Shown here: positions 27,086 through 40,689 of the stretch, one piece after another
Layout of the letters: the number at the start of each line of letters is the position of its first letter
Position numbering within the stretch: the first letter of the stretch is position 1
The notes under the pieces: generated by a model
The model's database searches: none
Seen by the model: only the letters and a program-made list of their open reading frames with translations
What the model was told of the DNA's origin: nothing
Position numbers and translations under genes: made by a program
Assembly: GCF_036321535.1 (NCBI RefSeq)
Contig: NC_087438.1
Location: forward strand, 14,262,001-14,326,000
Length of the DNA stretch: 64,000 bases
Source of the DNA: Camelus dromedarius
Lineage: Eukaryota
Direction of reading: 5' to 3'

Positions 27086-27949
27086 AAAATTATAGTTTAG
27101 AAAGAAGAAATGAGGAAAAAAGGAAGAAAAGGAGGAGGAGGAACCAAAACTCCTTAGTCGTTGGAAATACCTTAAACAAAGCACTTAAATGACTAGGTAA
27201 GACCCCGCAAGGGGCATCCCGTTATTTTGGGATGATTCCCAAATATGCACACAAATGATTTGTTTAAACACGTCTCTAGGCATTAAGCTTAATATGCATC
27301 AAAAGGGAGGTGTGGCTCAGAAAAACAAAAACAAAACATAACAAACTCAAATGAAAGCAAGAACTAAGCAGACACAGGCTGAAAGCACTGAAGAGCCCCA
27401 GGCGGAGGGAAACAAAGGCACTGACCTTGGGCTTTTAATAAAACAACTGAAAAACTGTGCCCTGAAAAGTGTATTGTGTTTGAAAAGAGCTGAATCAGAG
27501 ACCAAGCAGGCATGCAGTGTTTTAGAATTTGTCACAAAGAAGGAATTAGAGATGTTTAATTTCAAAATATGTAGAGAAAAGCTTCAAAATGGACATGAAT
27601 GTGGTCTTCCAAAATATAAAAGGGACCCTGAAGTAAAGGTTCCATTTCTAGCTCCAATGAACAAAAACATTTAGGGAAGGTTGTTCATTGCTCATTTACA
27701 GGAAATGCTTCTTAAGTGTAAGAATTACTGAAAGGGAATCCCAGGAAATAGTCATTGTGAAATGTGTGGCTTCATGGGTGGTCATTTCCTTGCCAAAATC
27801 AGGTTCAGCAGTTGCTATTCTGCCATCTTGTGAGACCAGAGAGTGTTCAGTAGCCCCTGGAAAACAGGACCTTCGAACTATGAAGTAATTTAAGTCATTT
27901 AATTACCTCCTGTCTGTCTCTGTTCAACATTACTCACAGATTCTTCACT

Positions 27950-28160
27950 GTCTATTCAGCATCTGCTATCAGCAAAACACTATAAGCTAGTGTTATATAT
28001 TCATTATTTAATTTAACTTATAATAAAGGAAACTTTATTAAAAAAAAAAAAAAAGGAAAGTCAGGAATGAAGAAGTTACACCAGTGTGTGCATGATCCCA
28101 AGCTTCTCAGTGGGGAAGTTGGTATTAGAACCCTAGTAACTGAATTCTAAATTTTGGGTT
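27950..28160 (-). mobile_element. MIR SINE
   Basis: 'cagcatctgctatcagcaaaacacta...cagtggggaagttggtattagaaccc...ctgaattctaaa'. Confidence 0.6.
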
Positions 28161-28792
28161 TTCCAATGATTTTCTTCTAAACTGTAAATAGTGTATCAAC
28201 ATTTCAATGTTTCTAAAGATGTCTTGCCTGCCTCCTAGTGTCATAGCTCAATGATACAACATTATATTATTGAGTTAGCATTACATGGTAGCTCATTAGG
28301 ACATAATGAGCTTCGAGTCAGTGTAGCTTAGTTCTTACTGTTGTATTGTCATGCTTTTCATCTTTATGAAACCCAAGTATGAAAATTTAATTGACAAATC
28401 AGACCTAGGGTTTAGGAGACTTGATTTTGAATGTTATTAGGTGTGTCTCACAGATTGCTAACATCTCATCTACACTTCTTTCCTCTCATTAAATGCCTCA
28501 ATAATGTAACTTGCTTTTTGAAATGATTAAATTCTTTATGATGTGGTTCTCTTTCACCTCTCTGAGAAAAAAAAAAAAGGTATTAAAGCCACTCAGCTTA
28601 TGTGATGAAATAATGTGGATAACGTTCATATGGAAAGGTGGAAGATGAGAGCGTGAGAGTGATGGTTAGACAGCGCCAGCGGCACTTTTGTACTGTCTAA
28701 ATGCACTGTAAAAAATTTGGAGGAACTCATTATTTTGTTTTAAACAGCAAATCTTTCTTAACTGCTGGCATAATGCTGTCATATCCTTTCTG

Positions 28793-28803
28793 ATGAGTCA
28801 GCA
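28793..28803 (+). promoter_or_regulatory. CNC-sMaf / ARE (NFE2-NRF2-BACH type) consensus motif
   Basis: ATGAGTCAGCA matches RTGA(C/G)TCAGCA; motif match only, function not shown. Confidence 0.35.
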
Positions 28804-29082
28804 GTTACATGCCAGCACTTGAAACAGCATTTTGCAGATGAAAAGAGGCAGAATAATAAGTCTGTGGAACATACCCAAGTAAGCAAGATAATGCTGAGGA
28901 AGAGATCATTTGTATTATTTAGAACTGAGGATTATAAAACTGTAATGCCACCTACCTTTGCTATTTAAACAGCAAGACATATACTACACTTTATTGGAAA
29001 TACAAACACAGATAATTTAGAAATAACGGAGTGCACATTTACGAGGTATCAGCTGCAGGTATGGAGAGTGAAGTCGTGAGCC

Positions 29083-29099
29083 GGGTCAGCCAGAGTTCA
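29083..29099 (+). promoter_or_regulatory. DR5 retinoic-acid-response-element consensus motif
   Basis: GGGTCA-gccag-AGTTCA matches RGKTCA-n5-RGKTCA; motif match only. Confidence 0.4.
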
Positions 29100-29722
29100 A
29101 GGCACATGCGCCCTCCTCACACTTCCCTGATCCAAAGCAACATGATGCTCCCTCCAGTTAGGATTTCCTTCCTTGCTCCTTGATTCAGGACGAGGAATAT
29201 CCCCTTACTAAGGATAAATGAAATTTGGAATCAAACTGAAATAATTAAAATTATTCCCTCACGTTTTTAACATTTATTGTGTCTGTATAACTGAGACTGA
29301 AAATCTTCGGACAGCTCCATCTGTGACTTTCATATTTCCAACTTGAGAAGTTCAGTGAAGAGTTTTCAAAAACAGTTCTATATAAATAATGAATGAAACA
29401 AGATATCAAGGGGAAATTCTCCTAGATTTAGATTTCTTATTTGTGCAGCATTCTTGGAAAAATGGCAGACTTCAAATCAGATAAAACTTATTTTTGAAGG
29501 AAAATTTTGGAACCAGAAGATATTTTAAAATTTTACATAAAAACGCATTACATGGCATCACATTGAATAGCATGAAACAGTGGCTGCAATAATAAAATAT
29601 TTATTGTCAGGAAAAATAATACATCAGACAAAATGTGATTTTGTGCCAATCTCTTTTCAGGAAACCTTCATTTCTTCCTAACATTTTATTCTCTTTTTAA
29701 ATAGGGTGTGTGTTCATTTAGG

Positions 29723-29953
29723 GTCTGCTTCTCAACCTTAGCACTATTAACATTTAGAATTGAGTAATTACTTGACGTTGGATGCTGCATCTGTGCATTC
29801 TGGGATGTTTAGCATCACTCCTGGCCTTTAGTCACTAAATTCCAGTAACAGCCCCTCAGTCATGACAATCAGTTAATGGCCACAGACATTGTGAAAAGTC
29901 CCTGGGGTGGGGGGTTGGGAGGGACCAAAATCCTCCCTGGTAGAGGACCACTG
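29723..29953. mobile_element. MER20 hAT-Charlie MITE, full length
   Basis: 'ttctcaaccttagcactattaacattt...gatgtttagcatcactcctggcc...cagacattgtgaaaagtccctgggg...gaccactg'; degenerate 8-bp flanks atttaggg/atttaaga. Confidence 0.9.
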
Positions 29954-31536
29954 ATTTAAGACCACAGTAGTCCGTACCCGCCCTTCCTTTTGAGAGCTGA
30001 GATTTTCTTTATCAATTACCTTTTCCCTATTCCTTGGGTCTCTGTTATATCTTAACTGTCATTTATTTGCCTTTATAGAAATTGCAAAAAAGAAAATCTA
30101 TTTAAAGGAATTGCACACTAGCTCTTCTTCCTCCTGCTAACTCAGTCCCACAGTAAGACACAGATCTTGGGGAGGGAACAGACACTACATTTCCACATTC
30201 TTCACCCAGTGGACAAGGGGTGGCTGTGTAGGGCATTAGCTGTACAAATGTACCTGGTGCCCTGTTTATATATTATAGCATGGTGTTCATAAGTGGATCG
30301 TGCAGAACTCAGAAATTAATGCCTCCATAGTGATAATATAATAATGGGTGGTTGTGTTCCCAGGCCAGCCTTCAAAAGTCAATTTGCCTATGAATCAGTT
30401 GAGGTCTCTGAACGGTAATCTCCTAAATTCTGAGACCTGGTAACAGGAATCTACACAGTACAGTTTTAAATGAGGAGATAAAACCGAAAGAGAACTGAGT
30501 CTCCTTCTCCAGTTCAGTTTGATTAAAAAAATATATTGTAAATCAAAATGATTTACCTTTGATATCTATGCCATTTATTCAAGTCCCTAAAACTTACTAT
30601 TTACGGCAGTTCCCTGAAATTACTCCATGCTTATTCTCCACGTGTGAAAACGTATGTGCCCAGACTGATGCCAGATTTGGAGAAATGTCAGTTACCAAGT
30701 GAGGGAAGTGGCATACAGACTCTCATTCCCCACACATAATCAGGATTAGTTTATAAATATCAATACATGTTTTTGACTGCATACTTTCACAGTCATTTGT
30801 ATATTAAAGAGATGCTTTTTGTAGCCCAGGATTCTGTCTCGTCGCTTTAAAACAAAAACAAAAACAAAAACAGAGTAACACATTATGTGCCTGTTAGATG
30901 TAAATCAGTATACCAGATGTTACAGTGGCCACACAGGTGGTCAAGATATGATTTATGCCCTTAGGAGCTTTTGAAATCTATAGGACGACTGAAATAACTA
31001 TTGGAATAACATAGGTTGATTTGAGAACATTCTTTATTAAGATACACCCTGTGAATAATTGTAATAGACACAGATAGTTACGGATATCTTTTTCACCTCC
31101 TGTAGACATTCGAAGTGTGACTGGCCTAATTATGCACTGTTCACCACGTATTTAGTTCTCATATGCTAATTATGCAAAAACAGAATTGAGAAGATTAATG
31201 TAGCCAAAGAGAAATGAAGCATTTAAGCATTACATTCATTTGTTAACCCTTTCCAAAATGCCTTCTCAGCCTTATGTTATGGTACCGCTGCCTTGAAAAC
31301 TGTCATGACTGAATTAGGAGAAAAACTGGAAATTTCTGTCTTTATCCCTGTAACTCAGTACTATGTAACATTTTTTTTCTCTCTCCTATAAGTTTCGCAG
31401 AAAGTAATCGAAATAGGATCGAATTACTTTTTATCTCAAATGTTCAGAAACTGGCCAAACTCTCCAGATTCTGGCACTTTCTATAATATTAAGAAAAATG
31501 AATTTGCCTAGATTTTCTTATGAGAAATCAGGCCAT

Positions 31537-31981
31537 ATGGTAGGTATCACCAGATTGCTTATTGTCTCCCTGTAGCCATTGCTTACTTTTTTTTAGTTGA
31601 ATGCATGGCTCCTAGGCATGCAGATTATATTCCCCATATTCTCTTAAAGCTAGATGTAGCCACGTGAAAATTCCTGGGCAATGATTTTGCAGTGTAAATA
31701 GTATGTGCAGTACATGGGAGGTAACCTTAAGGAAAGGGTGTGGTAGCTCTTCCTACACCTTTCTGAGATGCCTGGAACACAATCAAGCTTATAACTTCTA
31801 AATTCCTAGACCCACGAGCCAAAGTTGCAGGCTGGGAGTGGGAACCTGGTCTGGGACACCACGAGGTATCACCCTGGCTTGGGACTGACTAACTCTGTGC
31901 CATTTTTACCTGTTAGATTTTGTCTGAAAATTGAGATTTTTTTTTTGTTCCTTCAAACTTATACGTAATCATAAACAGTGC
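31537..31981 (+). mobile_element. MLT1I/J-like MaLR solo LTR
   Basis: 'aagctagatgtagccacgtgaaaattcctgggcaatga...gtaaatagtatgtgcag...ccttaaggaaaggg...tgcctggaacac'. Confidence 0.75.
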
Positions 31982-32444
31982 AGGCAGTTTGGCTAGTCAT
32001 GGAAGAAGCAGGAAGCTGAGAAACAATCATTTCAAATTATAGGAATTATCTTTGGTTTAAGGTTATAAATCTTTCCCTGGAATGGGAGAAGTGCACAGGT
32101 CATGGTGCAAGCTCTTAATGCCACCTGTATACTTGTGCTCACTGGCCCAGGTGGTTGGTCTGAAGACAATGACATAGTATCTGTGAATGCAACTGATTTA
32201 TAAAGCCTAAATCGTTATTGATAGTAAATGTTAACTGTGGAATTTTTGTTTGGCCAAGTCACTTCTAACTTGGAAGTGACTTTAACACAGATAAAATAAT
32301 CCTCATTTTATAGGTAAAACAAATAGTATGGTTTTGGGTTACCTGAGAAATAATGAGACAATGAGAAAGTAAATTCACTGAATCCTCCTGAAACTCCTTT
32401 CTCTATACTAGCCAACACTGATGTTCTTGATATTAATGTTTTGT

Positions 32445-32600
32445 ATCATTCATTCACATAGCAATCAGTTAGGAGTGGGAAGTGTCATGATCCCTGTTTT
32501 TCAGAAGAGTACTGTGTTTAGAGAAAGGTAAATCCCTTAACTGGATTCATATGAGCAGTTAAAATGTGGAGCGAGAAATCAAGTTGTTTAATCTGCTCCC
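32445..32600 (-). mobile_element. MIR SINE
   Basis: 'atccctgtttttcagaagagtactgtgtttagagaaaggtaaa'. Confidence 0.6.
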
Positions 32601-33789
32601 ACACTTCGTGCTGTCTTGCTACCTTCCAGGTCTGCATCCGTTCCTCTTCCCTCTCCTCATCCTGCCCTCCCAAGGTCATGAGTGGAGATTGATGGATTAG
32701 CCTACTCGAAATAGTTTCTCCTCTATTTCTGTCATATGCTCCAGACATTATCTCACTGGTTAAAAAAAAAAAAAAGACATTTTAATATTCACTCATTGCA
32801 AATTTTTTCACATCTTTTTTCATTCTTTCAAAGTGTTCGGTGGTTACCCAAGATCCTAGTGAGGAGGACTGTCCAGATTTTCTCTATCAGAATTACCCTA
32901 CTCCCTACGGTAAGTGTTTTTAACATCAGACCTCAGTATTGTTCTGTGCTCTGTCATTGTCCTATTTAGCAGCTAGTTCATTCGTGTTAAGGTGATAAGA
33001 CTTTATGGACATTTTAAGAAGGACTTTTAACAAAACACTTTGCTTAAACTCAAAGGAGTCGCAATGTGTCTGGCTAACTATGCAAGTCGCCATCCCCAGC
33101 TACCGATGGGGCAGTCATTTGTGGTTATTGGGCTTTTCAGTGCTTTTCAAGTAGTGCCACATTCATGTCTGTCCATGTGTCACATACAGGTGTCACCAGA
33201 AAGAGCAGACATGAGAAATGGAACAGTGAGTAATTCCCAGGGTAGACCAAATTTGCCTTCATGAGTTTTTTGAATTCCAATTCAAATGTATGATAGCAAT
33301 GATGACAAGACTGTATTGTAGGTCAAAGAATAGTCCTTTTGCCCAAGATATGGCCACTTTATATTAAGAAGAAGTTGAGGTCATGTAAAAATAGGAAACT
33401 TAAAGTATTTATGACTGCAGATCATTTAAGATCTAGGCTTCACTGTATTTATACTCATCAAAATGATTGATTTATTTTATATTAGACACTTCTTAATTTA
33501 TCTGTCCTAATAATATCAACAGCTCCTATTAGTAAATTACATTTTGAGAAGGGATATTAAATTACTTCCTGTATAAACCAAACTTGAGGTATGTTTAAAC
33601 ATAATGCCATATATAGTTCAAGAACCTTCCTCAAAACTAAAAATACTTTGCAGCATTTACAATTATTGAACACACTTTTCATGTAACGTATATGCTGTAT
33701 GCAACTCAATTCTCCCTTTCTCTAATTTCTCTCTAGAGGGAATCATGAAAATCACTACTTTTTAATTAATTTAACAGATAATTAGTGAG

Positions 33790-35200
33790 AAAGGACCTAA
33801 TACTAGAGAGCTGACATCATAGTGTAAGATGAACAAAAATATATTCTACAAATACAAATATATAATATATAAATATATATACATATAACATACATATGTA
33901 TATAATACATAAGCATTATATAATCATAATAATATGCTATAAAGAAACACAGTTCTGTAGATATCATGAAGAAAATAAAGGAAAGATGAGTGAACAGTGA
34001 GTTAGCTGAGGACGCTGCCTTTTATGTGGTGGTGTCCAGATCACTTCACCTAAAGAGAAGGAAGATATTTGATCAGAGACACGTAAAAAGTAAAGGAGCC
34101 AGTCACATGGGAAAGAAAAATTAAGCTAGAAGGAAGAGAAAATGTGAGGCCCTGAGGTAAAACCATCTTATTATCTTCATGAGGCCCTGAGGAGGCCAGA
34201 GAGGCTGGAAGGGGACATGCTGATCAGAGAGATTACAAGACAGAGGGGAGGTTTAAGCCACTGTAGGCCACTTACGGACATTAGATTCAATTATGTGTAC
34301 AATGGGAATGAGTCTGACTATCCTGAACAAGGAAAGGATATGATTTTATTTAAATTTTAAAAAGAATCACTCTGGCTACTGTGGGGATAATAGACCATTA
34401 GGCAGAGGGTAGAAAGGTTAGGATGCTATTTTAAAAGTCCAGGGTAGAAATTATAGTAACCTGAATTTAGAAGATAGCTGTAGCAATGCCAAGAAGCAGT
34501 CAGAACCTGAAAATATTTTGAAGATAACGTCCATGGAATTTGTTAATAAATTAATGTGAGGGTTGAAAGAAGTACAGAAATTCATGATGACTTGATATTT
34601 TCTGGCTTTTATATTCTACCCACTGCTATAAAAAATGTTAACATCATATTTCAGTATTGTGCTAAATATATATTGTTACAAAATCTACTGCATTTGCTGA
34701 GATGAGGAACACAAGGAGATGCCTGTTGGACATGGGTGTGAAAAATAATTAAGTTTTAGAGATAGTAATTTTGACCTCCCAGTGGAAAAATCTAAAATTG
34801 TTGGTGCAAATGAGCCCATAGTTAGGAGAAGTGTTTGGGTCAGAGATAAATATCAAATGTATTTGGAAACCAAACATTTATAAAGCTGGATTTTAAGGAG
34901 GATATATAAAAGAGACTGAGAGAATTATCCAGGGAGGTGAGAGGAGAATGTCCCAGGGAACAACCAAAAAAGAAAAAGTCAAGGGTGAGGCATCAACAAG
35001 TATGCCAAAGTCTGTGAAATGCCAAAGATGATAATGATGAATTGACTGTTGGATTTCACAGTGCTTTTTGAGAGCAAGTTTGCTAGATTTCTTGGAAAGA
35101 AGGCCTGATTGGTGTTTGTTCAAAAAAGAATAGGAAAAAATAAAGTACAGATAAAAATGAGGAACAACTCAAGGAATACGGCTATAAAAAAGAGTAAGAG
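33790..35200 (-). mobile_element. Long LINE-2 (L2a/b-like) fragment
   Basis: Colinear L2 motifs: 'gatatttgatcagagac', 'aggccctgagg', 'ttttaaaaagaatcactctggctactgtgg', 'atattttgaagataacgtccatggaatttg', 'ttgactgttggatttcaca'. Confidence 0.85.
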
Positions 35201-36609
35201 AAAAAATAGAGCAGGATACAGAAAGAACGAAAGGATTTTAAAATGGTAGATATAACAGTAGTTATATGTTAGTGAGAATAATTTCCTAGAAAGGCAAACT
35301 AAAAAAGAAGTAGGCTTGGACTCAATTAAGACGGTGTTCAACTAATTAAACAAAAGAATGGCAGAAGGTATATATACATATATACATATATATACATACT
35401 ATAGTAAAAAATGATCTGATAGAACTGTACAAATCCTTAAGGGAATACTATTCCCCAGAAATATGTGTTTTACATAAGAAATACTAAATACCAAATAATA
35501 CATGGGAAATTATTACTTAGGACTTTAAAGTACTTTAGCGCTATTTTCATTATGAACTACAAAAATAGAAAATGCTATAATTGAGAGATAGGGGATCCTT
35601 GAAAGAGGTGAGAGAAATATTATGCTTTTAAATTGCACAGTTAACTGGAATACATGTCAGAAACAAAGGTTTGCAGTCTTATTAACCCAAATCCAAAGTA
35701 ATTTAAAACAGAACTGTAGCACTCAAGTGAGCAAACGTTTGCTTTCAGATAGTCTATTGTTAAAGTTTGAAAAGCACCATCTCTTCAAACTGATTCTGAA
35801 TCTGTGACTCAATACAGAGAAGCAATTAGGAAGCAGAGTATTAGCCAGCATCACGAAGTAAATAAATATTTACTGTCAACCTTACAGATGTGAAAAGTCC
35901 CATTTCCACATACACTTCTAATTGGATTTAAATAGCTTCTTAAATATTCTATTTAAATCTTTGATACTCTGAACAAATTGCAGTGCCATATTTTTTTTAA
36001 GCTTTAAAACTCACTAAATGCAGTTTAGGGCATTAGTTATCCAAAACTAAGAAGGTTTAGTCTGTTTAGTGGGATTTTGTTCCAGGGTTTCCTTCAGTAT
36101 GAAGTGATTTCAATGAATAATTTATAAAACATTTTTCAACACTGTGTACAGTCAGAACTTACTTAATAATTTAGTTTTTACTGTTATTAAAAGGAATTCC
36201 ATATACTTTTAATGATTTGTAGTCCTTGTTGAGAAACTCTCAGGTGAAGTATTATTAAATTTGTACTTAGTCTTTTTTTAAAGTAATTTCTGAAATAGCT
36301 GGATGCGATAAAAAACAAACAATAAAGTACAAATCCATTTTCTTTTTAGCATTCAGAATTGTACTTTATTTTCAATACAGTAGTTGCTGAAGGAGGAACC
36401 AGTCAAAGGAATTAATTCTTTCTTGATGCACTCGAAGTGCTCACACATGATTTAGTGTATCATAAAACCCATCACAGGCGTGTAGCCCCATAAAATCTCT
36501 AGGTTTTGAAAAAAATGTTTGGTATGATGACAGAAGATAGACACTATCCTCTTTAAGTAATAGTACTATTCAGTATAAATGTTGAGTTCCTAATAAGTAT
36601 CTCCCCCTT

Positions 36610-36770
36610 TTCTTAGGCCATTTACAACTCATCACATTTGGATTTCAGCATAAGCTGTAAGTGGAGGTGTTATTACCCATTTTTCAGATTTGGAGTCTGA
36701 GAGGTTAAGAACTCACAGGAAGTAATTAAATGACTGAGCTAGGATCTAAATTTGGCTCTTCTTTTTAGAG
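36610..36770 (-). mobile_element. MIR SINE
   Basis: 'ggtgttattacccatttttcagat...ctgagaggttaag...gagctaggatctaaa'. Confidence 0.75.
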
Positions 36771-37249
36771 ATTTCCCTGGGTTACTAATAGCTGAGTAGT
36801 TGATTAAGAATACTAGAGTTACAAATTTCCAGTCCTTACTGTTTTTGTCTAGCATATGAAACTTAAATAAATCTTCTGATTTATTGCCATAAAACGCTTA
36901 GCAATTTCCTCTACAGAAATGGTAGCATGCTTATACTCTTGGAAGCTTTTTTTTTTTAAATTACAGTTGCGTATTTAGTTTTCTCTTTTACAGATTGTTT
37001 TAAATACGACATGGACAGCGACAGGACAAAATCGTAAAATCAATTTCAAAATAAGGTATTCCCTGCAATATTTGCATGTTTTTAAAGCAAAGTATTCATA
37101 TTGCTTTAAAGAAAATATAATTCAAATAGTTTATTCGCTAATAAAGTGTGAAGTATTCAAAGCATTTCTGAAAATGGTATTTATTGTTTCACTGTAGATA
37201 TCATATGAGCTGATAATCATCAGCTACATATATCTACTAAGTAAGAGGC

Positions 37250-38130
37250 ATAGTATGAGGCAAAAAAATTAGTAAAGTAAAATAAAAGTGTAAATGTAAC
37301 TAAAAGGCTGTCATGAAATACCATAGAGAAAAGCGTTCCCAAGAGCATGTTGGGAGTAGAGTATCTTAGAGCTAATGACTATTACAGTTGACCTAGGCAC
37401 TCAACAAGACAAGAAGGAAATAATATCCTTTTAGAACCACCAAAAAGCTTTGCAAAAAATAAATGATTCAGACAAGAGAAATGCTAAAATATATCAAATT
37501 TTAGAATAAGCGATGAATGCTAAATAACACCGTATTCCATGTTGACATAAGAAGGACCTCCTTCGGAGAGCACATGTCATAGTCATACTAATGGATCTCA
37601 GTGAATTTTAACTATCCACCTATAAACCATGCCTGAAACTTAATTCAAGAAATAATGAAAATGTTATCAACTTTGACATTGTAATTGGAAAGCTCTGGCT
37701 TGCAAGTTTACTAAAAGCAAGCAGGGAAGAGAACGGAACTGGACAGAAACACAGGAGAAATGACATGTAGAGATCACAGGACATCAAGGGAAGGGATGCT
37801 TTTAGGAATAAGAAAAACACATTTAATTACATTAAAGTTGAAAATATAACAGGAAAGACAAAAAATAGCAACACCGATTAAAACTGTGACATGGAGGAAA
37901 AGTGAGCCAATTTCTCCCCTGTCAAAACGGGAAGTGAATAAAAAATGAGTCAAGCTGATCAATAAAAAATAGAGGCCTCCAACCGCTTATTTGTAGACAT
38001 GAAGGTAACCCTCCTGCAACCCCTAAACAGAGAACATATTTTTAGAAGTTTTGTTCCAAGGCAAATTGGGGCTTGGAGATTTTTCCTTGTAAGGGCTTCT
38101 ATGGCATTTTGTCTTTAATTATTATCTTAA
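37250..38130 (+). mobile_element. Possible very old L1/HAL1-like 3' region
   Basis: A-rich decayed sequence with 'tatcaactttgacattgta' and 'tagacatgaaggtaacc'; weak resemblance only. Confidence 0.35.
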
Positions 38131-38243
38131 TTTTTTAATGCTGAATGGTTATTCTATTGCACCATTCTCTTTGGTCTCATCATGCTGAAGGTACATAGCT
38201 GTGACAGCTATGGCCACCATAACTTGAAGAGCAACACGGATAC

Positions 38244-38262
38244 CACACACACACACGCACGT

Positions 38263-38292
<30 letters not shown>
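38244..38292. repeat. Interrupted (CA)n microsatellite
   Basis: Direct reading. Confidence 0.95.
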
Positions 38293-38294
<2 letters not shown>

Positions 38295-40689
38295 CAGACT
38301 ATTATTAGTGGCAGTTTCTCTAACTGTATTCATGTCCCGGATTTCTCAACAGAGACTATAATCAGCCTCTGTTAGGAGAGGACTAGAACTCTGTGGTTTT
38401 CAAATGTTCTAGTTCACACTTTATTTTTGAAATGTAAATGGGTATCTTTAGTGCTTTACATGAGTCATTAAACACACACTTACATACCTTTATGAGCTAA
38501 GTATTTTATAATTCCAAATATTGCTTAATTCTGACAGAGAATATAATTTTTTGCTCAGATATAAAACAATTTAAGCTGCTTCATATTATTATGTTTTCTC
38601 CTAAGGTCAGTAAGGTTAATGCTTAGCCATAGACAGTTCAAGTTGAATCTGAGGAAATGTCAGTTAAGCAGAATAGTAACAGCCCCTTTGTAATCAAAAT
38701 AACACAAAATAATTATTGATTCTAACCAGGGCAGTCTTATTTTTAACCTGTGAATGTCAGGACATAGTCTGGCATTTAGCTCTTTGGAAACCATGCCTTT
38801 ATTTTTCTTTTTTCAGTAGAGATATCATGAGAAAGCCTTTTGCTCTCTAGAGATCACTCTCCTGCAATTTACAGTAATATAATGTATATATAATTTTTAA
38901 AAAAAGCTTGAGTCAGAAAAAAGCAACAGAGTTTTGTAATAAAAATGTACTTTGACTTTACCACACTTGCTTATCACCCAGAAAAGAGAGATATGATCAA
39001 AATGCATTCCATGTCTTCTACAGTTAATTGTGGCGAGTATGGCTACAATTCATTATAGAAAGGTAAAAACCCTTTTCTCATACAATAGGGAATAAAACTG
39101 TTTTCCTATCAACTTAGTCTTTTAAGAATGGCTGTGTGATACGCTGGAAATTCCAAATCTGAAATAGCCAAGCATTCTTACTATTTTTCTACAATCATGT
39201 TAAAAAACCTACTGGTATGGGGATATTCCTCACTGTGGTTGTGATGACATGCAGAATCAGTTCATATGTTTCTTCTACAATATTTCTACCACTGCATTTT
39301 TTCAAAGATTTTCCTAGATAATTATAAATTTCTTGAGTTATGTTTTTAAATTCCACTCAAGTGCAGGGGAAAACACAACTAAATGGGCTGGAGAGAGATT
39401 CTGGATATCATTGTATGGCTCTCTGATGAACCATGGCCTCAAATCAGACCTTACTTTTGGGTTTTCAGTTATCATCACGTGGATGCTATTAACAATAGAA
39501 ATGTGTCTGTCTGTTGTACATATAAATACTAGTTCCCCAGGTTGAAATGGATTAAATTACTTAAAAACTTTTTTAAGAGGTCATGTTCAAGTCTGAGAGG
39601 TTGACAGTCACAGAAAGCTAAAAGGGCTTACACTTGGAGTAGTGACTAAAGTCTATGATTCATTGATGGATTGAAAAGTGAAGATGGACATGACTGACTT
39701 CAGAGTTTTACCTGGAACTCTAGGGAAATGGGTATCCCAGGACTGCAGTGCAAAATGAGCCATGAAGTGTTCATCACGGGCTAAGTGATGTCATTTCTAT
39801 GATTCAGTCTTACTGTGAGCCCAACACTGTAGGTATTAATGCTGGGAAGATTCCATTCCAAATGATAATAGTGTAAGTAGTGTTATCAATAGAATGCAGC
39901 TGAGTGCAGCCCAGTGTCTTCCTCTAGTCCCAAATATGATAAAGTTCCTTTATGTTAGACAAAAGATGCATATAAACCAGCGATAGAAGCATGGGCACCT
40001 GTACTCATATACTGAGTGTATATTTGCTTCTTTATTTCTAAAGCCTTCATGGAATTCATTTTGCAGGTGATTAGGAAAGGGATTATTAATACTCAGATCT
40101 TAGGAAAAGCTATTGAGATGGTTATAAATAAAGTTCTCAATATCTCTTGCCTGATGACTTTCACAATAAATCAATAGTGTCTCTTATTAAATGTGTTACT
40201 TAAATATAACATTTACAAAAAAAAAACAGTCCATCATCTATAAGGAGCTGTAGGTTTGACTTACTCCATGGATGCAGTTCTCATGGATAAGAAAACAATT
40301 TTGAAGGGGAAATCCCTAGCTGGGATTAAGCTACTGGGATACTAAGATACTGGGATTTTTTTGTGGGGGTGGAAATAAAGTATATATAATTTATGAGAGG
40401 GTTTAACAATAACACCTGATGTCTCACCCATAAGAAGAGCAGATTATTTAGAGTTTCTATATCTCCATCACAGACTCCCATTAAGTCTCTAAGAAAAAAA
40501 GTTTGGAAAAAGTATAAGATGATATAGCCAGCCAGAAAGAGATTTAATCCACTGGGTTATTTTCAAACTGTTATTTTAAAGTTTCTGAAATTTTTTAAAT
40601 TGGGAAAAATTATGTCTTTCTCATTGACCATGCCTCATCCTCCTTTTCAGGTTTCTTCCCCCTCACACCTGTTTTTTCATAATTCCTTG

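Noticed and set aside
27203..27214. cccc-gcaa-gggg hairpin resembling a terminator or GNRA tetraloop
   Set aside because: It is only a 4-bp stem, expected by chance, with no RNA-gene context.
34145..34192. 13-bp direct repeat tgaggccctgagg as a TSD
   Set aside because: It lies within an L2 and encloses only 22 bp with no poly(A); at most a small local duplication.
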